A stretch of 64,000 nucleotides of DNA from Candidatus Acidiferrales bacterium (GCA_035279445.1 DATEHV010000008.1:6525-70524); one strand, 5' to 3'. Numbered from the stretch's first letter, positions 44,443 to 54,435 are shown. Notes: generated by a model not told the origin, from the letters alone. Program-made: numbers and translations.

Positions 44443-45588
44443 ATGGCGGCGATGCCGCTCGAATCCTACGCCATGGATGTGCGGCGGTCGCGCGGACGCC
44501 GTTTTTCTGAACCGCAGCATCCCTACCGCAACGATTACGCGCGCGACCGCGATCGCGTGATTCATGCCCGCGCATTTCGCCGGCTCGAGGCCAAAACGCA
44601 GGTTTTCACCACGCGATTCTCCGATCATTTTCGCAACCGGCTCACGCACACACTCGAAGTGGCGCAGATCGCGCGCACGGTATCCGGCGCGCTCCGGATC
44701 AATACGGACCTCACCGAGGCGCTCGCGCTGGTCCACGATATCGGCCATTCGCCTTTCGGGCACGCCGGTGAAAAGCAGCTGGACGCCCGCATGCGCGAGC
44801 ACGGCGAAGGCTTCGACCACAATCTCCACGCGCTGCGGATCGTCGAGCAATTCGAACAGCGCTATCTCGATTTCCCCGGCCTAAATCTCACGTTCGAGGT
44901 CCGCGAAGGAATCATTAAACACTCGCGGGATTTCGCGGCGGGAGAGTCTCCTGCGCTGGAGGAATATCTGCTGGGCCAGAAGCCGCCTCTCGAAGCGCAG
45001 ATCATCGATCTGGTGGACGAAATCGCGTACAACACGGCCGACCTGGACGACGCCTTTGAAGCGCGCGTGCTCGATTTCGAACAGCTTCGCGCGGAAGTAC
45101 CCGTCTTCGGCGCGGCCTACGACGACGTGGATCGCCGCTATCCCGGCGGTTTGCGCAAATTGAAGTTCAACGAAGCGCTCAAGCGCGTCCTCGACCGCCT
45201 CGCGACCGACTTGATCGAGAACACTCGCCGGCGTGTGGAGGCGAGCGGCGTCGAGACCGTCGAAGAGGTGCGCCGCCAGGAAGCCCGCCTTGCGGGCTTT
45301 TCGCCCGAGGCCGCCCGTGAGAATGCGGGCCTGAAGCACTTCCTCAATGCGAGGGTCTATTCCCATCCGATAATTGCCGAGGAGCGCGAGCGCTCCGTGG
45401 CCGCGCTCGACGCTCTGTTCCGTTTCTTCCTCGACCACCCCGGCCGGATGCCCGAACACTACGCCGCGCTGGCCAAAGTCGAGCCGCGCCACCGCGTCGT
45501 CTGCGACTACATAGCCGGGATGACGGACCATTTCCTCTTGCGCCAGTGCCGCGAGCTGCTGGCTGCCCCGGCAGGTAAAACGGGTTAA
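44443..45588 (+). CDS. dGTPase-like HD-domain triphosphohydrolase
   Basis: YARDRDRVIHARAFRRLEAKTQVF, NRLTHTLEVAQIAR, VHDIGHSPFGH and DLVDEIAY are hallmark dGTPase-family motifs. Confidence 0.87.
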   Translation: MAAMPLESYAMDVRRSRGRRFSEPQHPYRNDYARDRDRVIHARAFRRLEAKTQVFTTRFSDHFRNRLTHTLEVAQIARTVSGALRINTDLTEALALVHDIGHSPFGHAGEKQLDARMREHGEGFDHNLHALRIVEQFEQRYLDFPGLNLTFEVREGIIKHSRDFAAGESPALEEYLLGQKPPLEAQIIDLVDEIAYNTADLDDAFEARVLDFEQLRAEVPVFGAAYDDVDRRYPGGLRKLKFNEALKRVLDRLATDLIENTRRRVEASGVETVEEVRRQEARLAGFSPEAARENAGLKHFLNARVYSHPIIAEERERSVAALDALFRFFLDHPGRMPEHYAALAKVEPRHRVVCDYIAGMTDHFLLRQCRELLAAPAGKTG

Positions 45589-45706
45589 CGCGACAGCGCC
45601 GTTGCCCAACTGGTGTCAGCCGGGGCACGCTGGGCGGGGCCTTCCTTGACACGCAAACCAGGGGACATATAATGGCTTTTCGCTCGAAAAAACGCGGGGA
45701 AATCCA

Positions 45707-46240
45707 ATGTTTTTGGATGTAAACGAACTCGCCCTTCGAAAGACGCGCATCCGGAAAAGCTACTCCCCGGGCACGCTCGACTTTCATTCCAGCGAATTCC
45801 GCCAACTGGAACCGCTCGAAGTCCGTGCCACGGCGGAGCTGGTCGAGGGGCAGATCCGCATCTGCGGGAACCTGCACACGCGGGTCGAACTGGTGTGCGC
45901 GCGCTGCCTCGACACGGTTGTGGAGGAGATCAGCCGGGACTTCGATCTTTTCTACCGCCCCATGACGTCCATCGCGGCGGAAGAGGAACTCCATCTGAAT
46001 CTTGACGATACGGAGATCGCGTTCTTCGAGGGAGACGGCCTGTTTCTCGCCGACGTGCTGGCCGAACAGGTGAATCTCGCGCTTCCGATGAAGGTGATTT
46101 GTTCGAGCGATTGCCGCGGGCTTTGTCCCCACTGCGGCGCCAACCTGAACAACGAGGAATGCCGCTGCGAAAAGAACGGCGCCGACCCCCGGCTCGCCCC
46201 ACTCGCCCGGCTGAAGCAAGACTGGTTCAAAAAGCAATAA
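45707..46240 (+). CDS. yceD: YceD/DUF177 family protein (large-subunit rRNA accumulation protein)
   Basis: 177 aa with a C-terminal CxxxCxGLCPxCG-like motif (CSSDCRGLCPHCGANLN), positioned directly upstream of rpmF. Confidence 0.82.
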   Translation: MFLDVNELALRKTRIRKSYSPGTLDFHSSEFRQLEPLEVRATAELVEGQIRICGNLHTRVELVCARCLDTVVEEISRDFDLFYRPMTSIAAEEELHLNLDDTEIAFFEGDGLFLADVLAEQVNLALPMKVICSSDCRGLCPHCGANLNNEECRCEKNGADPRLAPLARLKQDWFKKQ

Positions 46241-46303
46241 GACGCTACACTGGTTGTTTCCATTCAGGCCGTCGTGAGCAGCGGCCTGTCACGAGGAGCC
46301 GGA

Positions 46304-46492
46304 ATGCCCAATCCAAAGCGACGACACTCCAAGAGGCGGACGTCCACTCGCCGCGCCCACGACCATCTCCATTTGCCGACCCTGGGCGAATGTCCGAATT
46401 GCCACGAAAAAAAGCTGCCCCATCGCGCGTGCCCCAAGTGTGGTTACTACAACGGTCGCGAAGTGATTGACACCGCGGCCAAGACGGCCTAA
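46304..46492 (+). CDS. rpmF: 50S ribosomal protein L32
   Basis: [19 protein letters not shown]... and CPNC...CPKCG zinc-ribbon. AGGAG RBS before the ATG at 46304. Confidence 0.92.
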   Translation: MPNPKRRHSKRRTSTRRAHDHLHLPTLGECPNCHEKKLPHRACPKCGYYNGREVIDTAAKTA

Positions 46493-46527
46493 CTTTCCCT
46501 CGCCTGCCGCTTCAAGCTGGTGCCGAT

Positions 46528-47544
46528 ATGACGACCATTGCCCTGGATGCCATGGGAGGCGATCATGCGCCTCGCGTCGAAGTCGAAGGAGCCATCCTCG
46601 CGGCGCGGGAGCTGGACGTGCGCGTCCTGCTCGTGGGCGTCGAGTCGGCGGTCCGCCAGGAGCTTGACCGCCACAGGGTGCGGGGCCTGCCGGTTGAAAT
46701 CGTGAACGCGACCGAAGTGATCACGATGCACGATTCGCCGTCGCACGCCTTTCGCCGCAAGAAGGAGAGTTCCCTGCACGTGGCCGCGCGCCTGGTGCGC
46801 GACGCCAAGGCCGATGCGCTGGTGAGCGCCGGTAATACCGGCGCGGTGATGACCATTGCGCGATTCGTGATCGGCACGCTCCCTTCGGTCGACCGGCCGG
46901 CCCTTGCCGCCGCCTTTCCGAACATGAAGGAAAAGATATCGGTGATTCTGGACGTGGGCGCGAACGTGGATTCCAAGCCGGAACAGATCGAACAGTTCGC
47001 CGTAATGGGTGAAATCTATTACCGCGCGATCTGGGGCGTGAAGCGTCCGCGCGTCGCGCTGCTTTCGATCGGCGAGGAAGAGGCCAAGGGCAACGACCTC
47101 ACGCGAGAGGCCGCCGCGCTGCTGAAGCAGCTGCCGCTGAATTTCACGGGAAACGTCGAGGGGCGCGACGTCTTTCGCGGAAACGTGGACGTGGTCGTAT
47201 GCGACGGCTTCATCGGCAACATTGCGCTCAAGCTCAGCGAAGGGCTCGTCGAGCATATCGGCGGGATGCTGAAGAAAGCGATCAAGAGCAGCCTGACTTC
47301 GCAGATCGGCTACGCCCTTTCGAAGCGCGCCTTTGACGATTTTCGAAAGCGCACCGACTATTCCGAAACGGGCGGCGCTCCGCTGCTCGGCGTGCGCGGC
47401 ATCACCGTGATCGGGCACGGGCGCTCGAACCCGAACGCCATCAAGAACGCCATCCGTGTCGCCGCCGAACTCTGCCGTTCCCGCGTGAACGAGAAAATCG
47501 AACAGGAGCTTTCCGCTGCCGCCGCCATTCCCGCACGCGGCTGA
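46528..47544 (+). CDS. plsX: Phosphate acyltransferase PlsX
   Basis: [27 protein letters not shown] and GHGRSN motifs. Confidence 0.92.
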   Translation: MTTIALDAMGGDHAPRVEVEGAILAARELDVRVLLVGVESAVRQELDRHRVRGLPVEIVNATEVITMHDSPSHAFRRKKESSLHVAARLVRDAKADALVSAGNTGAVMTIARFVIGTLPSVDRPALAAAFPNMKEKISVILDVGANVDSKPEQIEQFAVMGEIYYRAIWGVKRPRVALLSIGEEEAKGNDLTREAAALLKQLPLNFTGNVEGRDVFRGNVDVVVCDGFIGNIALKLSEGLVEHIGGMLKKAIKSSLTSQIGYALSKRAFDDFRKRTDYSETGGAPLLGVRGITVIGHGRSNPNAIKNAIRVAAELCRSRVNEKIEQELSAAAAIPARG

Positions 47545-47567
47545 ACCGGGCGGAAACCGCGATCGCC

Positions 47568-48527
47568 ATGAGCAAGCTCGCCTTCCTTTTTCCGGGCCAG
47601 GCCTCGCAGTATTCCGGCATGGGCCGCGATCTCGCGCAGAATTTTCAGGAGTCGCGCGCGGTGTTCGAGGAGGCGGATGCGGCGCTCGGCTTCTCGATTT
47701 CGCGCCTCTGCTTTGAGGGCCCGGAAGACTCGCTCAAGCTCACCGAAAACACGCAGCCCGCGATTCTGACCGTTTCCGTGGCGGCGCATCGCGCGCTCGA
47801 GACCCGTGGGATCACGCCGGACTTTGCTGCCGGGCACAGCCTCGGCGAATACTCTGCTCTGGTCGCCGCCAAATCTTTGGATTTCCCCGCCGCTGTGAAG
47901 CTGGTGCACGGCCGCGGCCGCTATATGCAGGAGGCGGTGCCCGCCGGAGAAGGAGCGATGGCGGCGATTCTGGGGCTCTCTCCCGCGGACGTCTCCGAAG
48001 TCTGCAGGAAAGCCGCCGGAAGTGAGGTGGTTTCTCCCGCAAATCTCAACTCTCCCGAGCAGACCGTAATCGCCGGAAACGCCGCCGCGGTGAAACGAGC
48101 GGTCGAGATCGCGTCACAATCGGGCGCCAAGCGCGCCGTTATTCTGCCGGTTTCCGCGCCGTTTCACTGCGCCCTGCTGCTGCCTGCACAGAAGCGTTTG
48201 GAGCCGGACCTGCGTGCGGCGGCGTTCGGCGCGCTGCGATTTCCGCTGGTCAATAATGTGGATGCCGAAGCCGTGGAGTCGGGTGAGGAAGCGCGCGAGG
48301 GCCTGATTCGCCAGGTGACGATGCCGGTGCGCTGGCTCGATTCCGTGCGCGAAATGATCGACCAGGGCGTGGACATCTTCGTCGAGGTCGGGCCGGGAAA
48401 GGTTCTTTCGGGTTTGTTGCGCCAAATCGACCGCTCGGTGCGCTGCTTCAACGTAGAGGACGCTGCGAGCTTGCACGCCACGCTCGACAGAATCGCCCAG
48501 GCGCGCGCGGAGACGCCGGAGGCGTAA
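47568..48527 (+). CDS. fabD: Malonyl-CoA:ACP transacylase FabD
   Basis: FLFPGQASQ and GHSLGEYSALV (active-site Ser); 319 aa. Confidence 0.92.
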   Translation: MSKLAFLFPGQASQYSGMGRDLAQNFQESRAVFEEADAALGFSISRLCFEGPEDSLKLTENTQPAILTVSVAAHRALETRGITPDFAAGHSLGEYSALVAAKSLDFPAAVKLVHGRGRYMQEAVPAGEGAMAAILGLSPADVSEVCRKAAGSEVVSPANLNSPEQTVIAGNAAAVKRAVEIASQSGAKRAVILPVSAPFHCALLLPAQKRLEPDLRAAAFGALRFPLVNNVDAEAVESGEEAREGLIRQVTMPVRWLDSVREMIDQGVDIFVEVGPGKVLSGLLRQIDRSVRCFNVEDAASLHATLDRIAQARAETPEA

Positions 48528-48540
48528 CGGCGCGGGGTTG

Positions 48541-48569
48541 GTAGGGGCGTAGCACCGCTACGCCCGGCG
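48541..48569 (+). repeat. REP-like palindromic element, left copy
   Basis: GTAGGGGCGTAGCACCGCTACGCCCGGCG has an internal hairpin GGCGTAGC-acc-GCTACGCC. Its perfect reverse complement occurs at 48720-48748. Confidence 0.8.
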
Positions 48570-48719
48570 AGCGATCTTGGCACCGTCGCTCCGATCCGAG
48601 GGATGCAAGATGCCAAAGGGTTTGGAATTTTCGTACCGCACTAGAACCAAATCGCTGGAGTTGTGCCAAGCATGGGTGACCTAAACGAGGCAAATGGGGT
48701 AAGCTTCGCCAAGGATGTG

Positions 48720-48748
48720 CGCCGGGCGTAGCGGTGCTACGCCCCTAC
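48720..48748 (-). repeat. REP-like palindromic element, right copy (inverted)
   Basis: CGCCGGGCGTAGCGGTGCTACGCCCCTAC is the exact reverse complement of 48541-48569. It lies ~30 nt upstream of the RayT-like ORF. Confidence 0.8.
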
Positions 48749-48777
48749 GGCTGGAGGTTGTTTCATCTGTGCCGGAG

Positions 48778-49359
48778 ATGAACGTCGAGAAGCTACTGCC
48801 GCGACGCCACACCGTTCGTTTGCCGCAGTACGATTACTCGCGACCGGGTGCGTACTTTCTTACGATATGCACGAGGGAAAGAAGATCCCTATTCAGGACA
48901 GTGGTCGGACGGACGGCGAAACTGAGCGGTGTGGGGAAAATTGTTGACGAGTGTTGGCGCGCGATTCCGTCACATTTTTCGAATGTTCAAGTCCCTATCC
49001 ACGTCGTAATGCCGAATCATGTTCACGGAATCGTCTTGATTCGAAAGCGGCTCGCGTGAGACGTGAAGAGAGGCCCAGTGACGCATAACTCGCGGCGGCT
49101 CGGCGCGCACGTATCGGGCTCGATTCCGACGATCGTGCGATCATTCAAGTCTATCGCCGCCCGTCGAATCCGGGAGCACGGAGCGGCGCCGACACTGGAA
49201 GTGTGGCAGCGCGGATATTTCGAACGCATCATTCGCAGCGAGGAAGAATTCGGAAGGATCTGGGAGTATATTCGCCTGAATCCGGCAACGTGGAACACCG
49301 ACGAAGAGAATCCCGAATCAAGCACAACGGTGCGAAACCTGCCAGTTGCCCGCAGCTGA
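48778..49359 (+). pseudogene. REP-associated tyrosine transposase (RayT / IS200-like Y1 transposase) interrupted by one in-frame TGA
   Basis: HUH motif (MPNHVHGIV) in track ORF 48715-49059 and the catalytic Tyr region (WQRGYFERIIR) in ORF 49063-49359. Both are in the same frame, separated only by TGA at 49057-49059. The start could also be GTG at 48769. Confidence 0.72.
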
Positions 49360-49385
49360 GAGACACGACAGAGTTTGGCCCCCAT

Positions 49386-50132
49386 ATGTTTTCGCTCAAA
49401 GATAAAGTTGCGCTGGTCACCGGCGCCTCGCAGGGAATCGGCCGGGCCACGTCGCTCGCACTCGCCGAAGCCGGAGCGAAGGTTGCCGTCGCGGCGCGGA
49501 GCGCGGATAAACTCGCCGCGCTCGTGGCTGCAATCGAAGCCGCCGGCGGCGCTGCGCTTGCGGTGCCGATGGATGTGGCCGACGCCGCGCAAGTAAAAGC
49601 CGGTTTCCAGCAGGCCCTCGCGAAATTCGGCAGGCTCGACATCCTCGTCAACAACGCCGCGGTGACCCGCGACACTCTCGCTCTGCGGATGAAGCTCGAG
49701 GATTGGGACGCCGTGCTGCGGACGAATCTCACCGGCGCGCATTTGTGCATTCAGCAGGCGCTGGGCGCGATGCTCAAGCAGCGCTACGGGCGCATCATCA
49801 ACCTCGCCTCCGTGGTCGCCGAAACCGGGAATGCCGGACAGGCGAACTACGTAGCGTCGAAGGCCGGCCTGATCGGCCTCACCCGCGCGATCGCTGTCGA
49901 GGTCGCTTCGCGAAACATCACCGTCAACGCCGTCGCGCCCGGCTTCGTCGAAACCCCCATGACGGATCCGCTCTCGCAGGAATTAAAGGACAAAATGAAA
50001 TCGATGATTCCGTTGGGGCGTTTCGGCAAAGATCGCGAAGTCGCCGCCGCCGTCGTCTTCCTCGCCAGTGACGAAGCCGCCTATATCACCGGGCAAGTGC
50101 TCGGCGTGAACGGCGGCATGCACATGGGGTGA
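49386..50132 (+). CDS. fabG: 3-oxoacyl-ACP reductase FabG
   Basis: ALVTGASQGIGRA, NNAAV, and YVASKAG (YxxxK) motifs. 248 aa from the ATG at 49386. Confidence 0.9.
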   Translation: MFSLKDKVALVTGASQGIGRATSLALAEAGAKVAVAARSADKLAALVAAIEAAGGAALAVPMDVADAAQVKAGFQQALAKFGRLDILVNNAAVTRDTLALRMKLEDWDAVLRTNLTGAHLCIQQALGAMLKQRYGRIINLASVVAETGNAGQANYVASKAGLIGLTRAIAVEVASRNITVNAVAPGFVETPMTDPLSQELKDKMKSMIPLGRFGKDREVAAAVVFLASDEAAYITGQVLGVNGGMHMG

Positions 50133-50162
50133 TTTTGGAGCCGGGCGAATCGAGGCAATAGG

Positions 50163-50906
50163 ATGTCCATCGAATCCTACGAGCAGCTGATGGCTTTGAA
50201 GGAAGTCGGCCGGATTTGCCAGCTGGCTCTGCGCGCGATGGCAAGTTTCGTTCGTCCGGGCGTAACGACGCTGGAGGTTGCCGCCGTGGGATCCGGAATC
50301 ATGCGGGGAAACGGCGCACGCTCGGCTCCGGCGATGGTCTACGGTTTTCCCGGCGACGTCTGCATCAGCATCAACGACGAAGCGGTCCATGGAATTCCCG
50401 GCAGCAGACGGATTCGACCCGGCGATTTGGTCAAGCTCGACGTGACGTTTGAAAAGAACGGGTTCATGGGCGATGCCGCGATCACGGTTCCGATCGAGCC
50501 TGTAACGGGCGAGGCCCGCCGGCTGGTTTCGTGTGCCGAGCGCGCTTTTGATCAGGCCATGCGCGTGGCCCGCGCGCACCATCGCGTCAACGAGATTGGC
50601 CGGGTTGTGGAACGCGAAGTGAAGCGCAGCGGATTTTCCGTGATCCGCGCGCTCGGGGGCCACGGCATCGGCCGCACGATTCATGAGCCGCCGAGCGTTC
50701 CGAACTTCAACGACGCCGCGGCGCGCCAGCGCCTGACCTCCGGCCTGGTCTTGACGGTCGAACCGATCATTGCGATGGGCGTCGGCCGGTCCGTCACGGC
50801 CGAAGACGGCTGGACCGAGCGCACCGCCGACGGCAGCCTCTCCGCTCATTTCGAGCACACCATCGTCATCACCGAACGCGCGCCCATTTTATTGACTGCG
50901 GCGTAG
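50163..50906 (+). CDS. map: Type I methionine aminopeptidase
   Basis: 247 aa. HGIP, D..K.D, GHGIG and EHT metal-ligand contexts (VHGIPGS, VKLDV, LGGHGIGR, FEHTIV). Confidence 0.9.
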   Translation: MSIESYEQLMALKEVGRICQLALRAMASFVRPGVTTLEVAAVGSGIMRGNGARSAPAMVYGFPGDVCISINDEAVHGIPGSRRIRPGDLVKLDVTFEKNGFMGDAAITVPIEPVTGEARRLVSCAERAFDQAMRVARAHHRVNEIGRVVEREVKRSGFSVIRALGGHGIGRTIHEPPSVPNFNDAAARQRLTSGLVLTVEPIIAMGVGRSVTAEDGWTERTADGSLSAHFEHTIVITERAPILLTAA

Positions 50907-51056
50907 GCGCAAAGGCGCCTCGCGCGCGGCCGCGAATGCCGCCAAATGGTTGACCCGGCGATAGGCCCCGCATAGAATGGGCAGGTCAACACGGGCGCAA
51001 TTCTCCTGGCGTGCGGCCCCAGGTCCCAGATCGCCGACATCGGAGGAACTATCAGA

Positions 51057-51299
51057 ATGGCCAGCGTCGAAGAACGCGTGAAGCAGATTATTGTCGAGCA
51101 GCTCGGTGTGGATGAAGGCGAAGTGACTCCCAGCGCTTCGTTTGTGGACGACCTTGGCGCCGACTCGCTCGACACGGTCGAGCTGGTGATGGCCTTCGAG
51201 GAAGCGTTCGGTATCGAAATCCCGGATGAGGATGCCGAAAAAATTGCCACGGTGAAGGACGCGATCGAGTACATCGACAAGCATTCCAAGGTGAAGTAA
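51057..51299 (+). CDS. acpP: Acyl carrier protein
   Basis: 80 aa with [17 protein letters not shown] (phosphopantetheine Ser). Confidence 0.95.
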   Translation: MASVEERVKQIIVEQLGVDEGEVTPSASFVDDLGADSLDTVELVMAFEEAFGIEIPDEDAEKIATVKDAIEYIDKHSKVK

Positions 51300-51343
51300 G
51301 CAGTCCCGCCGGGTGATCCCATCCTGAACAGGAGAAGTTACCC

Positions 51344-52588
51344 TTGAACCGCCGAGTTGTCGTGACGGGCGTTGGCCTCGTATGCGGTTGCGGCATTGGA
51401 ACCGAAGAGGTATGGCGCAACCTGCTGGCCGGAAAAAGCGGCATCGGCCGCGTCACCGCGTTTGACGTCTCCGCATTCGACTGCCAGATCGCCGGCGAGA
51501 TCAAGAATTTCGATCCCCTGAACTGGATCGAGAAAAAAGAACTTAAAAAAATGGCCCGGTTCATCCAGGTCGCCATGGCGGCGTCGGAGTTTGCCATGTG
51601 CATGGCCGGCCTGAAAATCACTCCGGAGATCGCCGACGCGGCTGGCGTTTTCATCGGGTCGGGCATTGGCGGATTCGACGTGATCGAGAGGGAACACTCG
51701 AAGTACCTCAACGGCGGCCCCGGAAAGATTTCCCCGTTTTTCATTCCTTCGGCCATTGTGAACCTTGCGGCGGGAAACGTCTCGATCCGCTACGGCGCGA
51801 AGGGGCCGAATTCGGCCACGGCCACGGCCTGCTCCGCCGGGGCTCATGCCGTCGGCGACGCTTTCAAAATCATCCAGCGATGCGACGCGGAAGTGATGAT
51901 CGCGGGCGGCTCCGAGGCGGCGGTCACGCCCATGAGCATCGGCGGCTTCGGTGCGATGCGCGCACTTTCGACGCGCAACGGCGAGCCCGAGCGCGCCAGC
52001 CGCCCCTTCGATGCGCAGCGCGACGGCTTCGTCGTCGGAGAGGGCGCGGGTATGCTGATCCTCGAATCGCTCGAGTTTGCCCAGCGGCGCGGAGCCAACA
52101 TCTTCGCCGAAATCGTCGGCTACGGGATGTCCGGCGACGCGTTCCACATCACGCAGCCCGCCGAGGGAGGCGACGGCGGGTATCGCGTTACGCTCGCCGC
52201 CATCAAGGATGCGAAGATCACTCCCGCCGACGTCGGTTACGTCAATGCGCACGGCACCTCCACGCCCATCGGCGACGCCATCGAGACGACCGCGCTTAAG
52301 CGCGTTTTCGGCGACCGTGCAAAGAAGGTTCCCATCAGCTCGACCAAGTCCATGACCGGCCATCTCCTCGGCGGCGCGGGCGGCCTGGAAGCGGGCATCA
52401 GCGTCCTCGTGTTGCGCGATCAGATTCTTCCGCCGACGATCAACCTCGAGAATCCCGATCCCGCGTGCGATCTCGATTACGTTCCCAACCAGGCGCGGAA
52501 GGCGGAAGTCGTGTACGCGCTTTCGAATTCGTTCGGTTTTGGCGGAACCAACGCCTCGCTGCTCTTCAAACGATGGGAGGGGCGCTGA
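51344..52588 (+). CDS. fabF: 3-oxoacyl-ACP synthase II FabF
   Basis: RRVVVTGVG, active-site ATACSAG, HGTSTP and GHLLGGAG motifs. TTG start. Confidence 0.92.
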   Translation: MNRRVVVTGVGLVCGCGIGTEEVWRNLLAGKSGIGRVTAFDVSAFDCQIAGEIKNFDPLNWIEKKELKKMARFIQVAMAASEFAMCMAGLKITPEIADAAGVFIGSGIGGFDVIEREHSKYLNGGPGKISPFFIPSAIVNLAAGNVSIRYGAKGPNSATATACSAGAHAVGDAFKIIQRCDAEVMIAGGSEAAVTPMSIGGFGAMRALSTRNGEPERASRPFDAQRDGFVVGEGAGMLILESLEFAQRRGANIFAEIVGYGMSGDAFHITQPAEGGDGGYRVTLAAIKDAKITPADVGYVNAHGTSTPIGDAIETTALKRVFGDRAKKVPISSTKSMTGHLLGGAGGLEAGISVLVLRDQILPPTINLENPDPACDLDYVPNQARKAEVVYALSNSFGFGGTNASLLFKRWEGR

Positions 52589-52590
52589 TC

Positions 52591-53361
52591 GTGAAAATCG
52601 GAGTTTGCGTCAAGCAGGTCCCCGCCAAGGACGCGCCGCTTGCAATCGCCGAAAGCGGCGCATGGATTCGCGAATCCGATATCGGCTTCGAGACGAATGA
52701 GCCGGACGGCTTCGCCCTCGAGGAAGCGCTGCGCCTCAAGGAAAAGCACGGCGGCGAGGTCGTGGCGATTTCGATGGGACCGGAGCGCGCCAAGCAGACC
52801 ATCAAGGAAGCCCTCGCCAAGGGCGCCGAGCGCGGCATCCACATCTCCGACCCCGAGTTCTTCAAGCTGGATCCCCTGACCTCGGCGCGTTCGCTCGCCG
52901 CCGCGATCGAAAAAGAGAACTTCGATCTCATCCTCACCGGCCTTCAAAGCGACGATCAGGGTTTCGGCCAGACCGGCGTGCTGCTCGCCGAATTGCTGGG
53001 CCGGGCGCACGCGACGATCATCATGGCCATCGAAGTTTCCGGCGGCCGCATGAAATTGAAGCGCGAGCTCGAGGCCGGATGGTTCCAGTGGGTCGAGCTG
53101 CCGCTCCCGGCGGTGATCACGATCCAGTCCGGAATCAACAAGCCGCGCTACGCCACCCTCAAGGGCATCATGGCCGCGAAAAAAAAGGAGATCGCCACGG
53201 TCGAGCGCGCCTCGCTCGGCGTCGCGGACGCGCGGACGCAGCAGGTCCAGAAAATTTACGTTCCGCAAAAAACGAAGAAGACCGAATTCATCACCGGCTC
53301 GCCGAAAGAGGCCGCCGCGAAATTGATCGAGAAGCTGCGGCACGAAGCGCGGGTGCTGTGA
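52591..53361 (+). CDS. etfB: Electron transfer flavoprotein beta subunit
   Basis: (M)KIGVCVKQVP, VVAISMGP and DLILTGLQSDD motifs. GTG at 52591 is 2 nt after the fabF stop and preceded by GGGAGGGG. Confidence 0.85.
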   Translation: MKIGVCVKQVPAKDAPLAIAESGAWIRESDIGFETNEPDGFALEEALRLKEKHGGEVVAISMGPERAKQTIKEALAKGAERGIHISDPEFFKLDPLTSARSLAAAIEKENFDLILTGLQSDDQGFGQTGVLLAELLGRAHATIIMAIEVSGGRMKLKRELEAGWFQWVELPLPAVITIQSGINKPRYATLKGIMAAKKKEIATVERASLGVADARTQQVQKIYVPQKTKKTEFITGSPKEAAAKLIEKLRHEARVL

Positions 53362-53430
53362 CGATCCGTTTAAGATCGTCATCCTGAGGGAGTCCGCTGC
53401 CGCGGACGACCGAAGGATCTCTCTTTGACG

Positions 53431-54435
53431 ATGGACATGGCGAAAATGAAAATTCTCCTGATCACCGAGCAGCGCGAAGGCAAGTGGAACAAGGTCAGCT
53501 TCGAAACCCTTGCGGCGGTGCAGCAAATTGCCCAGCAAGCGAAAGCCACGATCTCGGGCGCCGTCATCGGCAAGGGCGTCGCGCCTCTCGCCGACGACCT
53601 CGCCGGCTACCAGCTCGATGAAGTGCTCCTGGTCGAGCACGACCTGCTCGAGCAATACACGCCCGACGCGTTTTCGCTCGCGCTCCGCCAGGTGATCGAG
53701 AGCGCGAAGCCGGACCTCGTTCTCTTGCCGCACACCTATCAGGTGCGCGATTTCGCGCCGAAGCTGGCTGCCTCTCTGCAGAAGGGAATGATCGGTGACT
53801 GTATCGCCTACCGCTACGAAAATGGAAAGCCTGTCTTCGTCCGTCAGATGTTTCAGGGCCGCACGGCGGCGGACGTCGGGTTTACGGGAGAGCCGCCGTG
53901 GATCGCGTCGTTCCAGGCCGGAGCATTCCGCGCGGACCTGGCCGCAAAGCATGCCGGCGGCAAGGCGGCCGTGAAGCCCGTGGGCGTCAATTTGAAGCCG
54001 GAGCAGATTCGCACCAAACCCTTGGAGCTATTTCGCGAGGCAAAACAGGCGGTGGATCTGACGCAGGCGCCCATACTGGTTTCCGTCGGCCGCGGCATCA
54101 AGGCCCCGGAAAATATTCCCATGGCGGAAAAGCTTGCGAAACTACTGGGCGGAGAAATCTCCGCGTCGCGCCCGATTTGCGACGAGGGTTGGCTGCCCAT
54201 GGACCGCCAGATCGGCAGCTCGGGACAGACCGTGGTGCCGAAGCTCTATCTCGCGCTCGGCATCAGCGGCGCCATCCAGCACGTGGTCGGGATGAAAGGC
54301 TCGCGAACCATCGCCGCGATCAACAAGGACCAAAACGCGCCGATCTTCGAAGTCGCGGACTACGGTATCGTCGGCGACCTCTTTGAGATCGTTCCGGCCA
54401 TGATCGAAGAGTTGGAAAAAACGAAAGCCGGCTAG
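53431..54435 (+). CDS. etfA: Electron transfer flavoprotein alpha subunit
   Basis: C-terminal FAD-binding signature [19 protein letters not shown]...[21 protein letters not shown]. Confidence 0.87.
   Translation: MDMAKMKILLITEQREGKWNKVSFETLAAVQQIAQQAKATISGAVIGKGVAPLADDLAGYQLDEVLLVEHDLLEQYTPDAFSLALRQVIESAKPDLVLLPHTYQVRDFAPKLAASLQKGMIGDCIAYRYENGKPVFVRQMFQGRTAADVGFTGEPPWIASFQAGAFRADLAAKHAGGKAAVKPVGVNLKPEQIRTKPLELFREAKQAVDLTQAPILVSVGRGIKAPENIPMAEKLAKLLGGEISASRPICDEGWLPMDRQIGSSGQTVVPKLYLALGISGAIQHVVGMKGSRTIAAINKDQNAPIFEVADYGIVGDLFEIVPAMIEELEKTKAG

Noticed and set aside
49057-49059. The in-frame TGA in the RayT-like gene as a selenocysteine codon.
   Set aside because: I saw no SECIS-like hairpin immediately downstream. 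The position is a poorly conserved linker, and no Sec-utilisation genes are in the window. Pseudogene, sequencing error or readthrough are more parsimonious.
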